64,000 nt of DNA, from assembly GCA_035776655.1 (NCBI GenBank), contig DASTWK010000047.1:1259-65258 (forward strand). The letters are read 5' to 3'. The translations under genes and the position numbers were made by a program. This document shows, one piece after another, positions 24,939 to 34,642 of this stretch. The stretch's first letter is position 1. The number at the start of each line of letters is the position of its first letter. The DNA is from Mycobacteriales bacterium. GTDB lineage: Bacteria > Actinomycetota > Actinomycetes > JAFAQI01. The notes under the pieces were generated by a model, which searched no databases, was not told the origin of the DNA, and saw only the letters and a program-made list of their open reading frames with translations.

Positions 24939-26004
24939 AGCGGAACTCCACCACGTCGCCGTCCTGCATGACGTAGTCCTTGCCCTCGATGCGCACCTTG
25001 CCCGCGGCGCGGGCGGCAGCCATCGAACCAGCGGCCACGAGGTCGTCGTACGACACGATCTCGGCTTTGATGAAGCCACGTTCGAAGTCGGTGTGGATCA
25101 CACCAGCGGCTTGCGGTGCGGTCGACCCTTTGCGGATCGTCCAGGCGCGCGACTCCTTCGGACCGGCGGTGAGGTAGGTCTGCAGGCCGAGGGTGTCGAA
25201 GCCGACGCGGGCCAGGATCGCGAGCCCGGACTCCTGCTGGCCGTACTCCGTCAACAGATCCGCAGCATCGGCTTCGTCCAGGCCGATCAGCTCCGACTCC
25301 AGCTTCGCGCTGACGAACACCGCCGGCGCCGGGGCCACGAGGTCGGCGAGCTTGGCCCGCAAACCGTCGTCACCGAGCGCGTTGTCGTCGAGGTTGAACA
25401 CGTAGATGAACGGTTTGTCGGTGAGCAGGAACGACTCCCGCAACGCGGCCCGGTCGAGCGCTGTCTCGCTGCTCACCGGCCGGCCCTGGTCGAGCACGGC
25501 GCGCGCGGCCTGGACGGCGGCGAGCTCCTCGCGCTTCTCCGGGCGCATCCGCGCCTCGCGCTCGAGCTTGGACAGCCGGTTGTCGATCGTCTGCAGGTCG
25601 GCGAGCACGAGCTCCGTGTTGATCGTCGCGATGTCGTCCGAAGGATCGACGCGTCCCTCCACGTGGGTGACGTCGGGGTCGTCGAACACCCGCACCACCT
25701 GGCAGATCGCGTCGGCCTCGCGGATGTGGGAGAGGAACTTGTTGCCGAGCCCCTGCCCCTCGCTGGCGCCGCGGACGATGCCGGCGATGTCGACGAAGGT
25801 CACCGTGGCCGGAACGGTCTTGGCGCTGGCGAACATCTCCGTGAGCACGTCGAGCCGGGGGTCGGGCACGTTCACGATGCCGACGTTGGGGTCGATCGTC
25901 GCGAACGGATAGTTCGCCGCCAGAACATCGTTCTTCGTCAACGCGTTGAACAGCGTCGACTTGCCGACGTTAGGCAGCCCGACGATCCCGATCGACAGCC
26001 CCAT
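24928..26004 (-). CDS. ychF: redox-regulated ribosome-binding ATPase YchF
   Basis: Track ORF 24928..27417 is over-extended. The ATG at 26004 gives 358 aa starting MGLSIGIVGLPNVGKSTLFNALT, ending in a TGS domain (...DGDVVEFRFNV). An alternative ATG lies at 26013. Confidence 0.92.
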   Translation of the reverse strand: MGLSIGIVGLPNVGKSTLFNALTKNDVLAANYPFATIDPNVGIVNVPDPRLDVLTEMFASAKTVPATVTFVDIAGIVRGASEGQGLGNKFLSHIREADAICQVVRVFDDPDVTHVEGRVDPSDDIATINTELVLADLQTIDNRLSKLEREARMRPEKREELAAVQAARAVLDQGRPVSSETALDRAALRESFLLTDKPFIYVFNLDDNALGDDGLRAKLADLVAPAPAVFVSAKLESELIGLDEADAADLLTEYGQQESGLAILARVGFDTLGLQTYLTAGPKESRAWTIRKGSTAPQAAGVIHTDFERGFIKAEIVSYDDLVAAGSMAAARAAGKVRIEGKDYVMQDGDVVEFRFNV

Positions 26005-26058
26005 GGGGTCCATTGTCGCGGACGCCGGCCGCGCATCCGGCGACGGTAGGTTCGTCCG

Positions 26059-27705
26059 GTGTCGGTCGACGTCAGCGTCGTCGTCCCGGTCTACAACACC
26101 GGCGACTACATCGAACCCTGCATCGCGTCGCTGCTCGCCCAGAGCCTGCCCGCCGAGCGGTACGAACTCATCTTCGTCGACGACGGGTCCACCGACACCA
26201 CCCCGCAACGGCTGGACGATCTCGCGGCCGCGCACACCAACGTCCGGGTGTGCCGCGAGCCCAACTCGGGCTGGCCCGGGCGACCGCGCAACGTGGGCCT
26301 CGACGTGGCCGCCGGTGACTACGTCTTCTTCTGCGACCACGACGACTGGCTCGCGCCGGAAGCGCTCGAACGGATGGTGGCCTTCGCCCGTCGTACCGGC
26401 GCAGACATCGTCGTGCCGAAGATGGTCGGCCACGGCCGCGGCGTCCCACGAGAGCTGTTCCGCCGCAACATCGAGGCCGCCACACTCACCGAAGCGCCGT
26501 TGATGTCGAGCCTGACCCCGCACAAGCTGTTCCGTCGTGCGTTCCTGCTCGAGCACGAGCTGCGGTTCCCGGAAGGTCGGCGGCGGCTGGAGGATCACGT
26601 CTTCGTCGTCGCCGCCTACCTGCGCGCCGACCGGATCGCCGTTCTCGCCGACTATCCCTGCTATCACCACATCCGTCGCGAGGACGCGGCGAACGCCGCG
26701 CACCAGCAGGTCGACCCGGTCATGTACTACGCGAACCTGCGGGAGGTGCTCGACCTCATCGAGCGCCACGTCCCACCCGGGCCGAAGCGCGACGCGTTGC
26801 TGGAGCGACCGTTCGCGCAGCAGATGCTCAACCGGCTGGGCCCGTGGCGCTACATGTCCGCTCTTGACGAGCACCGCTATGACCTGCTGCGGGAGATCCG
26901 CACGCTGATGCTGGAACGGTTTCCGGTGGACTATGCCGACCGCTTCGGGCCGGTGTTGCGGGCGCGGGCGGCCGCCATCCGCGCCGACGACATGCCCGCG
27001 TTGGTGCAGCTGGCCGAACACGTCGACCGCTGGCACGCCGCCGTCGTCCTGCGCGAGCTGCGCCGGGACGGCGCGGCCTGGCTGGCCGACATCGAAGCGG
27101 AGCTCGTACTCCCGGATGGCTCGCCGCTGCAGCTCACCGCGACCAGCGAAGCGCGGTGGCGGGTGGACGAGCGACTGGTGCCGGCGCCTCTGCAGACCGG
27201 GCCGGTGACCACCGAGGAGGTGCTGCGGGCCGGCGGCACGGTGAGCGCCGTCGACCGCCGACGGGACCTGATGTGGTTCGCCGACGACGCGTTGGCTGCG
27301 GCACTGCGGCCGGCCGCGGCGGCGCCGGGCACCGCGCGGCTCGTCCTCACCGGGACGGTGCGGCTGGACCCGATGACGCTGGCGGCCGGGGGCCCGCTGG
27401 AGCCGGGTCGGTGGCACCTGCAGGTCCGGGTCAGCGCGCTGGGCACGGCGGTCCAGGGCTGGCTGGTGCCCGACCGGCCGGAGTCGTTCTCGCCCGACCG
27501 GGCGGTGGTGGGGCGAGTGGCCGTCCGACTGCGCTCGACTCCCGCCGGGCTCGCGCTCGACGTGCGCCGGCGACCGCGACCGGCCGAACGGCGCCCGCGC
27601 GAGCCGGCGGCCGGCACCCGGCCCCAGCCGCCACTGGGCGGGCTGCGCAGGGCGGTGCAGCGGATCCGGCGGGTCGTGCGCCGAAATTGTCGGACCCGCG
27701 GGTGA
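26059..27705 (+). CDS. family 2 glycosyltransferase with a ~300-aa C-terminal extension
   Basis: VSVVVPVYNTGDYIEPCIASLLAQS...FVDDGSTD...DHDD are GT-A signatures. The start is a GTG. The C-terminal half is not recognisable. Confidence 0.85.
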   Translation: MSVDVSVVVPVYNTGDYIEPCIASLLAQSLPAERYELIFVDDGSTDTTPQRLDDLAAAHTNVRVCREPNSGWPGRPRNVGLDVAAGDYVFFCDHDDWLAPEALERMVAFARRTGADIVVPKMVGHGRGVPRELFRRNIEAATLTEAPLMSSLTPHKLFRRAFLLEHELRFPEGRRRLEDHVFVVAAYLRADRIAVLADYPCYHHIRREDAANAAHQQVDPVMYYANLREVLDLIERHVPPGPKRDALLERPFAQQMLNRLGPWRYMSALDEHRYDLLREIRTLMLERFPVDYADRFGPVLRARAAAIRADDMPALVQLAEHVDRWHAAVVLRELRRDGAAWLADIEAELVLPDGSPLQLTATSEARWRVDERLVPAPLQTGPVTTEEVLRAGGTVSAVDRRRDLMWFADDALAAALRPAAAAPGTARLVLTGTVRLDPMTLAAGGPLEPGRWHLQVRVSALGTAVQGWLVPDRPESFSPDRAVVGRVAVRLRSTPAGLALDVRRRPRPAERRPREPAAGTRPQPPLGGLRRAVQRIRRVVRRNCRTRG

Positions 27706-27707
27706 CG

Positions 27708-29261
27708 ATGCTGGGCATGGACGTCGCCGCCGTGGTCATCGCAGTCCTGACGCTGTTCGCGGGCGCCATCGCTGGGTGGGCGCTGGCGCGCAGCCGGTAC
27801 GCCGGGGCGGCGGCCACTGCCGCGGCCGAGCGGGATGCCGCACGAGCGGAGGCCCAGCAGGTGCGGGCCGAGCGGGACGAGCAGCTCGCGCGGGTTCGGG
27901 CTGAGCGGGACGAGCAGCTCGGCCAGATCCGGGCCGAGCGCGACGAGCAGGCGGCGCAGCTGCGGGCCGAGCGGGACGAGCTGGCGGGGCAGCTGCGCGC
28001 GGCGGAGGCGGCCGGCGCTGACGCGGCGGCCCGGCTCGAGAGCGAACGTGCCGCGGCCACCGAGAAGCTCGCGCTGCTCGAGCAGGCACAGGCACAGCTC
28101 AAGGACGCCTTCGCCCGCTTGAGCAACGAGGCGCTGCAGCGCAGCAATGCCCAGTTCCTCGACCTCGCCGACGCCCGGTTCAAGCAGGCCGGGGCGCCAC
28201 TCACCGAGACGCTGACCAAGGTCGAGAGTCAGCTGCGCGAGATCGAGAAGGAACGCGCCGGCGCGCACGAGGCGCTGAAGAGCCAGATCGAGTTCGTCCG
28301 GCGCACCGGCGAAGACCTCAAGCAGGAGACCGCTGCTCTCGTCAGCGCATTGCGCAAGCCGCAGGCGCGCGGCCGGTGGGGGGAGCTGCAGCTGCGCCGC
28401 TGTGTGGAATACGCCGGCATGACCGACCGGTGTGACTTCACCGAGCAGACGACGGTCGCCACCTCCGACGGCGCCCTGCGGCCGGACCTGGTCGTCAAGC
28501 TGGTCGGCGGCAAGTCCATCGTCGTGGACTCCAAGGTGACGCTGTCGGCCTACCTCGAGGCGCACGACGCCGGCGACGACGACGTCCGCGAGGCGCGGCT
28601 GGCCGCACATGCGCGGCACCTGCGCACCCATGTCGACCAGCTGGCTGCGAAGTCCTACTGGTCGCAGTTCTCCCCCGCCCCCGAGTTCGTCGTGCTGTTC
28701 GTGCCGGGCGACGCGTTCCTCGCACCGGCCCTGGAGCGGGACCCGACGTTGCTCGACGAAGCGTTCGCCAAGCGGGTGCACATCGCGACACCGACCACGC
28801 TGATCTCGGTGCTGCGGACGTGTGCCTATGCCTGGCAGCAGGAAGCGCTCGCGGCCAACGCGCGCGAGGTGTTCGACCTCGGCCGCGAGCTCTACAAGCG
28901 GCTCGGCACCCTTGGCGACCACGTCGACAAGCTCGGCCGGTCGTTGACGAGCGCGGTCAAGGCCTACAACGGCACCGTCGGGTCACTGGAGCGACAGGTG
29001 CTGGTCACCGCGCGCAAGCTCAACGATCTGCAGGTCGTCGACGCGGAGCTCGATTCGCCGACGGCAGTGGAGGAGTCGGTGCGGCCGCTGGGCGCGGCCG
29101 AGCTGGTCACCGCGGCCGAGCAGTCGCGCACCGTCGTCGCGCTGCCGGCCGCCGGTGCTGGGGTGGACGCCGACGCCGTCGAGGTCGTCGAGCTCGACCG
29201 CATCGACGACTACGGGCTGGGCGATCCCGGGTCCGCGACCGACACCCGCGCCACCGGCTGA
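27708..29261 (+). CDS. rmuC: DNA recombination protein RmuC
   Basis: Track ORF 27156..29261 is over-extended. The ATG at 27708 lies 2 nt after the GT2 stop. It has an N-terminal TM segment, a coiled coil, and the RmuC core (RGRWGELQLRR...DSKV...FVPGDAF). Confidence 0.88.
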   Translation: MLGMDVAAVVIAVLTLFAGAIAGWALARSRYAGAAATAAAERDAARAEAQQVRAERDEQLARVRAERDEQLGQIRAERDEQAAQLRAERDELAGQLRAAEAAGADAAARLESERAAATEKLALLEQAQAQLKDAFARLSNEALQRSNAQFLDLADARFKQAGAPLTETLTKVESQLREIEKERAGAHEALKSQIEFVRRTGEDLKQETAALVSALRKPQARGRWGELQLRRCVEYAGMTDRCDFTEQTTVATSDGALRPDLVVKLVGGKSIVVDSKVTLSAYLEAHDAGDDDVREARLAAHARHLRTHVDQLAAKSYWSQFSPAPEFVVLFVPGDAFLAPALERDPTLLDEAFAKRVHIATPTTLISVLRTCAYAWQQEALAANAREVFDLGRELYKRLGTLGDHVDKLGRSLTSAVKAYNGTVGSLERQVLVTARKLNDLQVVDAELDSPTAVEESVRPLGAAELVTAAEQSRTVVALPAAGAGVDADAVEVVELDRIDDYGLGDPGSATDTRATG

Positions 29262-29376
29262 TCGGCGCTCCCCGACCGGCCCGACCGGCTGACCTCGGTC
29301 GGGCAACGAAATCGCCGGCTGACCCGGTTGACCCGGCTGACGCCGGACGAGCCGGATCGTGGCAGGTGCGCGGGGG

Positions 29377-30348
29377 TCAGGCGGGAGTGACGCGCAGGTC
29401 GCGCCGAAGCTCGGGCGGCAGCGCGAACACCAGCCGCTCCTCGGCGGAGGTGACCTGCTCCACGTCGCCGTAGCCGTGCTCGGCCAACCACGCGAGCACG
29501 TCCTGCACCAGCGCCTCCGGCACCGACGCGCCGCTGGTCACGCCGACCACGGTCACGCCGTCGAGCCAGCGCGGGTCGATGTGACTGACGTCGTCGACGA
29601 GGTGCGAGGCCGCGCCGGCGTCGCGGGCGACCTCGACCAGCCGCACCGAGTTCGACGAGTTGGCCGAACCGACGACGAGCACGAGGTCGGCAGCGGCGGC
29701 GACCTCCTTGACCGCGGTCTGCCGGTTCTGCGTCGCGTAACAGATGTCGTCGCTGGGCGGGTCGACGAGCAGCGGGAAGCGCTTGCGCAGCGCGGCCACG
29801 GTCTCCAGCGTCTCGTCGACCGACAGCGTCGTCTGCGACAACCAGGCCACCTTCGCCGGGTCTCGCACCTCCAGGCGATCCACCGCATCAGGCCCATCGA
29901 CGAGGTGGACCCGGTCGGGGGCCTCCCCCGTCGTACCGATCACTTCCTCGTGCCCCTCGTGACCGATGAGCAGGATGTCGAAGTCCTCACGGTCGAACCG
30001 CCTGGCCTCCGCGTGCACCTTGGTCACCAGCGGGCAGGTCGCGTCGATCGTGCGCAGCTCACGGGCCTCCGCCTCGGCGTGCACGCTCGGCGCCACCCCA
30101 TGGGCGGAGAAGACGACGACCGCACCCGCGGGCACCTCGTCGGTCTCGTCCACGAAGATCGCGCCGCGCTCCTCCAGGGAACGCACGACGTGCGAGTTGT
30201 GCACGATCTGCTTGCGGACATAGACCGGGGCGCCGTAGTGCTCCAGCGCTCGCTCAACCGTCTGCACGGCCCGGTCGACGCCGGCACAGTAGCCGCGCGG
30301 ACTGGCCAGCAGCACCCGGCGGCGCGGCTCGGCGGCGCTCGTCGTCAC
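29377..30348 (-). CDS. ispH: 4-hydroxy-3-methylbut-2-enyl diphosphate reductase
   Basis: 323 aa with [35 protein letters not shown] and SSNS motifs. Confidence 0.93.
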   Translation of the reverse strand: MTTSAAEPRRRVLLASPRGYCAGVDRAVQTVERALEHYGAPVYVRKQIVHNSHVVRSLEERGAIFVDETDEVPAGAVVVFSAHGVAPSVHAEAEARELRTIDATCPLVTKVHAEARRFDREDFDILLIGHEGHEEVIGTTGEAPDRVHLVDGPDAVDRLEVRDPAKVAWLSQTTLSVDETLETVAALRKRFPLLVDPPSDDICYATQNRQTAVKEVAAAADLVLVVGSANSSNSVRLVEVARDAGAASHLVDDVSHIDPRWLDGVTVVGVTSGASVPEALVQDVLAWLAEHGYGDVEQVTSAEERLVFALPPELRRDLRVTPA

Positions 30349-30472
30349 CCGTCGATGCTATGTCGACTCCCGCGCAGCCCCGTCGGCGCGCCAACTGCTT
30401 GCAAGGGTTAATCGGCGCGCTGCGGCGGGCAGGCCGACAGTGATCCGATTCCCCGCTCTCCGGAGGCTCCGC

Positions 30473-31312
30473 ATGACGTCCGCTGACGACCGCGAGGACC
30501 GTACGCCGCAGCCGCCCGGGCTCGCGGGCAGCGCGATGGCCCTGCTGAGTCGGGAGGCCGCGCGCATGCCGCTGGTCGCGGTGACTCTCGGGCTGCAGGC
30601 ATGGGAGCGCACCCGCGGCATGCGGGAGATGGCGCTGCGTCGCGGCGGCGAGGCGTTGCAGATCGCCGCGCACACGCCGCTCGGCCGGTTCCTGCCGCAG
30701 CCGGTCTTCGACGACGGCGCGCAGGCCGAGGCGGAGGAGATCGCAGCCTCCGTCGCCCCCGCGGGTGCGACCACGAGTGACACCGCCGGCACGGCCACCA
30801 AGACGGCTGGCGCCAAGCCGGCGGCCAAGACCGGGTCCACGCGAACGGCGACCACGAAGAGCTCCCCCGGAACTGCCGCGGCCGCAAAAACCGCGACCAA
30901 GAAGGCAACCCCGAACGCGGCCGCCAAGGCGATCGAGCGGGCGGCACCGACCCGGCCGCCGGCCGAGGCCGTGGCCGCCGGTGCTCCCGGGGTCGCGACC
31001 GAACAGGTCGAGCGGGTGACCGAGCAGCTGGACCTGGACGTGCCGGCCTCTCGCGAGGACCTGCCGATCCCGGACTTCGACAACATCTCGATCGGTTCGC
31101 TGCGGGCGCGGCTGCGCTCGCTCGACCTCGACCAGCTGGTGCTGCTGCGCGAGTGGGAGCAGGCGCACGCCCACCGGCTGCCGGTCATCACCTTGCTCGA
31201 CAACCGCATCGCCAAGGTGGCCGACCAGCAACCGTCCGGCTCGCCTGCGGCCTACCCGGCCGAGCGGGCCCGGCGGGCCGCGCAGGACGAGGGCGGCACG
31301 CTGCGCATCTGA
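30473..31312 (+). CDS. conserved actinobacterial protein with an Ala/Lys/Thr-rich basic linker (position-equivalent to the gene between lytB2 and xseA in mycobacteria)
   Basis: A GGAGG SD lies 6 nt upstream of the ATG at 30473. The central part is [14 protein letters not shown]...[17 protein letters not shown]. The conserved C-terminal part is [34 protein letters not shown]. Confidence 0.7.
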   Translation: MTSADDREDRTPQPPGLAGSAMALLSREAARMPLVAVTLGLQAWERTRGMREMALRRGGEALQIAAHTPLGRFLPQPVFDDGAQAEAEEIAASVAPAGATTSDTAGTATKTAGAKPAAKTGSTRTATTKSSPGTAAAAKTATKKATPNAAAKAIERAAPTRPPAEAVAAGAPGVATEQVERVTEQLDLDVPASREDLPIPDFDNISIGSLRARLRSLDLDQLVLLREWEQAHAHRLPVITLLDNRIAKVADQQPSGSPAAYPAERARRAAQDEGGTLRI

Positions 31313-31376
31313 GGCCGTCGCCGAGCCGCGCCGGGGAGCACAGGTGCGGCACCCGGTGCGGCTTAGGCTGACCGGC

Positions 31377-32597
31377 ATGCCGCTGGAGTCCTCGCCGGAG
31401 CAGCCGCTGCCGGTGCGGACAGTGGCGCGCGCAATCGGTGACTGGGTCGGCCGACTCGGGCGAGTCTGGGTCGAAGGGCAGGTCACCCAGCTGACCCGCC
31501 GCCCCGGCCAGTCCACGTGCTTCCTGGTGCTGCGCGACCCGGTCGCCGAGATGTCGCTGCAGGTCGCCTGCCCGCGCGCGCTGCTCGACCAGATCGACCC
31601 CCCGTTGGCCGAAGGCGGACGCGTGGTGGTGTGGGCCAAGCCGGAGTTCCGGCCGCAGCGCGGGACGCTGTCGTTGACGGCGTACGACGTGCGGCCGGTC
31701 GGCATCGGCGCGTTGCTCGCGCGCCTCGAGCAGCTCCGGCAGACCCTCGCCGCCGAGGGGCTGTTCGCGCCGGAGCGCAAGCGGCCACTGCCGTTCCTGC
31801 CCCGCACCGTCGGGCTGGTGACCGGGCGGGCCAGCGCCGCTGAACGCGACGTGGTCGAGAACGCGCGGCGGCGCTGGCCGGCGGTGCAGTTCCGGATCGA
31901 GAACGTCGCGGTGCAGGGGGCGTACGCCGTCACCGAGGTGCTGGCCGCATTGCAGCGGCTCGACGCGGACCCCGACGTCGACGTCATCGTCATCGCGCGC
32001 GGCGGCGGCTCGGTCGAGGACCTGTTGCCGTTCTCCGACGAGACGCTGGTGCGGGCGGTCGTCGGCTGCCGGGCGCCGGTCGTGACCGCGGTGGGCCACG
32101 AGAGTGACGTGCCACTGGTCGACCACGCCGCGGACCGGCGGGCGTCGACTCCGACCGACGCGGCGAAGCTCGTCGTCCCCGACATGGCGGAGGAGCTGCA
32201 CCGGGTGCAGGTGCTGCGCGGTCGCGCCCTGCGCTGCGTGCGTGGGCGGGTCGAGACCGAGCTGCATCGGATCGACGGGCTGCGGTCGAGGCCGGTGCTC
32301 GCGGCTCCGCAGGAGCAGCTCATGCGCTGGTCCGGGCAGGTCGAGGCCCATCGGGAGCGGGCGCGGCGGGCGGCATTGGCTTGCGTCGGTGCGGCCGGCA
32401 CCGACATCGCCCGGCTCGGCGCCCGGGTGACCGCGCTCTCGCCGCAGGCCACCCTCGAGCGCGGCTATGCGGTGCTGCAACGCGCCGACGGAACTGCCGT
32501 CCGCGACCCGGCCGAGGTCGCCGCCGGCGACCGGCTGACGGCCCGTGTCGCCCGCGGCCGCATCCCACTGGAGGTCGCATCGGCGGCCGGCTCATGA
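31377..32597 (+). CDS. xseA: exodeoxyribonuclease VII large subunit
   Basis: The ATG at 31377 begins an N-terminal OB fold ([10 protein letters not shown]). [13 protein letters not shown] and IARGGGS motifs are present. The stop overlaps the xseB start as ATGA. Confidence 0.88.
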   Translation: MPLESSPEQPLPVRTVARAIGDWVGRLGRVWVEGQVTQLTRRPGQSTCFLVLRDPVAEMSLQVACPRALLDQIDPPLAEGGRVVVWAKPEFRPQRGTLSLTAYDVRPVGIGALLARLEQLRQTLAAEGLFAPERKRPLPFLPRTVGLVTGRASAAERDVVENARRRWPAVQFRIENVAVQGAYAVTEVLAALQRLDADPDVDVIVIARGGGSVEDLLPFSDETLVRAVVGCRAPVVTAVGHESDVPLVDHAADRRASTPTDAAKLVVPDMAEELHRVQVLRGRALRCVRGRVETELHRIDGLRSRPVLAAPQEQLMRWSGQVEAHRERARRAALACVGAAGTDIARLGARVTALSPQATLERGYAVLQRADGTAVRDPAEVAAGDRLTARVARGRIPLEVASAAGS

Positions 32598-32824
32598 CGG
32601 CGGCAGCGGGCAACGACGCGGGGGCGCAGCGACCGTCGTACGAGCAGGCGCGGGACGAGCTGGTCGAGGTGGTCCGGCGACTCGAAGCCGGCGGCGTCAC
32701 TCTCGAGGAGTCGCTGCAGCTGTGGGAGCGCGGTGAGGAGCTGGCGCGCATCTGCCAGGACTGGCTGGATGGCGCCCGCGCCCGGTTGGACGCCGCCGCC
32801 CCCGCGGCCGACGACGATCAGTGA
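32594..32824 (+). CDS. xseB: exodeoxyribonuclease VII small subunit
   Basis: 76 aa containing [41 protein letters not shown]. Confidence 0.88.
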   Translation: MTAAAGNDAGAQRPSYEQARDELVEVVRRLEAGGVTLEESLQLWERGEELARICQDWLDGARARLDAAAPAADDDQ

Positions 32825-33396
32825 AGCGACGCGGCGAGCAGGTCGAGCTGTGCCTCGCTGGCGCTTCCGGTGACGACGACGGTGACGGCGCCGGCGGTCC
32901 GGGTCAGGGCCGTCTCGCCGCGCTGTGACCGGCGCACCTGCCACTGCGCGCCACCGACCTCGCGGGTGCCGGTGACGGCGAGCCCGCGGTGCCCGAGCAC
33001 CTGCTGCAGCAGCGTGGCCGGGTCGCCGTCGGTCTCGTCCAGGCCGGCGTAGCGGTCGTCCGGCAGGCCCCAGCCGATGTGCAGGTGCGCGCCGTGCTGC
33101 TTCGACAGCGTCAGGTCGGCGCCGTTGGCTCGCCACTGGCTCGGCAGCCGCGCGGGCACGAGCGCAGGAGTGTGCGCCACCTGGCCGAAGCCGGTGACCT
33201 GGTCGCGATAGTCGACCGCGGGCTGCCGGTTGTCACCGGGGAAGAGCAACGTGCGGGCGGGCCCGACGAGCAGGAGCAACAGGACCACGGCCAGCACGAG
33301 ACCGAGCGAGCGGCCCATGTCGCCCATCGTCTGCCGGACTGCGCTCCGCCCGCGAGGCCGCGGCTGCGGTGCGACCGGAGTCTGCGTCTCAGCCAC
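32818..33396 (-). CDS. membrane-anchored protein (DUF4245-like)
   Basis: 192 aa with a single N-terminal TM segment. It occupies the conserved position between xseB and glpX in actinobacteria. Its start overlaps the upstream gene stop by 8 nt. Confidence 0.72.
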   Translation of the reverse strand: MAETQTPVAPQPRPRGRSAVRQTMGDMGRSLGLVLAVVLLLLLVGPARTLLFPGDNRQPAVDYRDQVTGFGQVAHTPALVPARLPSQWRANGADLTLSKQHGAHLHIGWGLPDDRYAGLDETDGDPATLLQQVLGHRGLAVTGTREVGGAQWQVRRSQRGETALTRTAGAVTVVVTGSASEAQLDLLAASLH

Positions 33397-34538
33397 GGAG
33401 CCGGGCCATCTCGTCGAGAACCGCCGTGCACTCCTCGGCGGTGTTGTAGAAGTGCGGCGCCACCCGGATGCCGCTGCCGGGTCGAAAGTCGACCACGAAC
33501 TTGCGCGCGATGAGCTCGTGATGCACCCGCTCGGCGTCGCCGGGATCGATCGTGACGTGCCCGCCGCGCCGCTTCGCGTCGTGCGGGGACCGGACGGTGA
33601 AGCCGCGCTCCAACGCGCCTTCGACCAGCGGCTGGGTCAGCGCCATCAACCGCTCGCGGATCCGCTCGATGCCGACGTCGACGACGGCCTGATAGCCGGG
33701 TGCGGCGGCATAGGCCGCCGGCACGTTCGGCGTCCCGCCGGAGAACCGCTTCACTCCGGGCGCGTAGTCGATCGCGTCCCACTCGAACGCGAACGGTCGG
33801 TCGTGGGAGATCCAGCCGACTGCGGCCGGGCGCAGGGTCTCGGCGAGGTCGGGGCGGACGTAGAGCCAGCCGTTGCCGGGGCCGCCGCAGAGGAACTTCA
33901 CCGAACCGCCGACACACATGTCGACGTCGTTGTCCACCACGTCGACCGGCACGGCGCCGACGGCCTGATAGGCGTCGAGCAGCACCAGCGCGCCGTGGCG
34001 GTGCGCGGCCGCGACGACCGGCGCGAGGTCGAGCAGCGCGGAGGTGCGGAACTGCACGAGGCTCACCGACACCAGCACCGTGCGGTCGTCGATCGCGTCC
34101 ACGAGGCGGTCGGTGGAGACGGTGAGCCCGTCGCCGTCGAAGGGCACCACCACCAGCTCCCCGCCCGCGCGCTGCAGCTGTTCGGTCCAGAAATAGTGCG
34201 TGCCCGGCCAGTCGGCGGCGGTCGTCACGACCCGGTTGCGGGCGCCGCCGAGGTCGAAGCAGGAGGCGAGCGTGGTGATCGCGTCGGCGACGCTCTGCCG
34301 CAGCACGGTGCTGCCGGGTGGTGCGCCGATCGCCGCACCGACGAGGTCGGCGACCCGGGTCATCTCCGGGAACCACGTGTCCCAGGCGACCACCCCGAGG
34401 CTGTCCCAGAGCTCGGCGTAGTCCTGCAGCCGGGCCTTGGTGTCCCGGTGCATCGCGCCGAGGGAGTTGTTGATCAGGTAGGTCGAGCGCGCCAGGATCG
34501 GATAGTCGCTCCGCCGCTCCAGCAGCTCCTCGTGCACA
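33389..34538 (-). CDS. class V PLP-dependent enzyme, kynureninase-like
   Basis: Track ORF 33389..36127 is over-extended. The gene has YLINNSLGAM and the PLP-lysine region GGSVKFLCGGPGNGWLYV. The start is uncertain: the GTG at 34538 is preferred and an ATG at 34615 is possible. Confidence 0.78.
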
Positions 34539-34642
34539 CCTCCAGCGTTGCACGGACCGCGCCACGAGCTGCAGCCGCCGCCAGTGACGGCGAGGTCCGA
34601 AATCCGCCAGAACATGTCGGTGGGGTGCGCCATGCTGGCTGC

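Noticed and set aside
29285-29340. Three copies of CCGGCTGAC lie in the rmuC/ispH convergent spacer.
   Set aside because: It is a short, GC-rich 9-mer with irregular spacing, and it is compatible with overlapping weak hairpins between convergent genes. There is no evidence for anything beyond termination structure.
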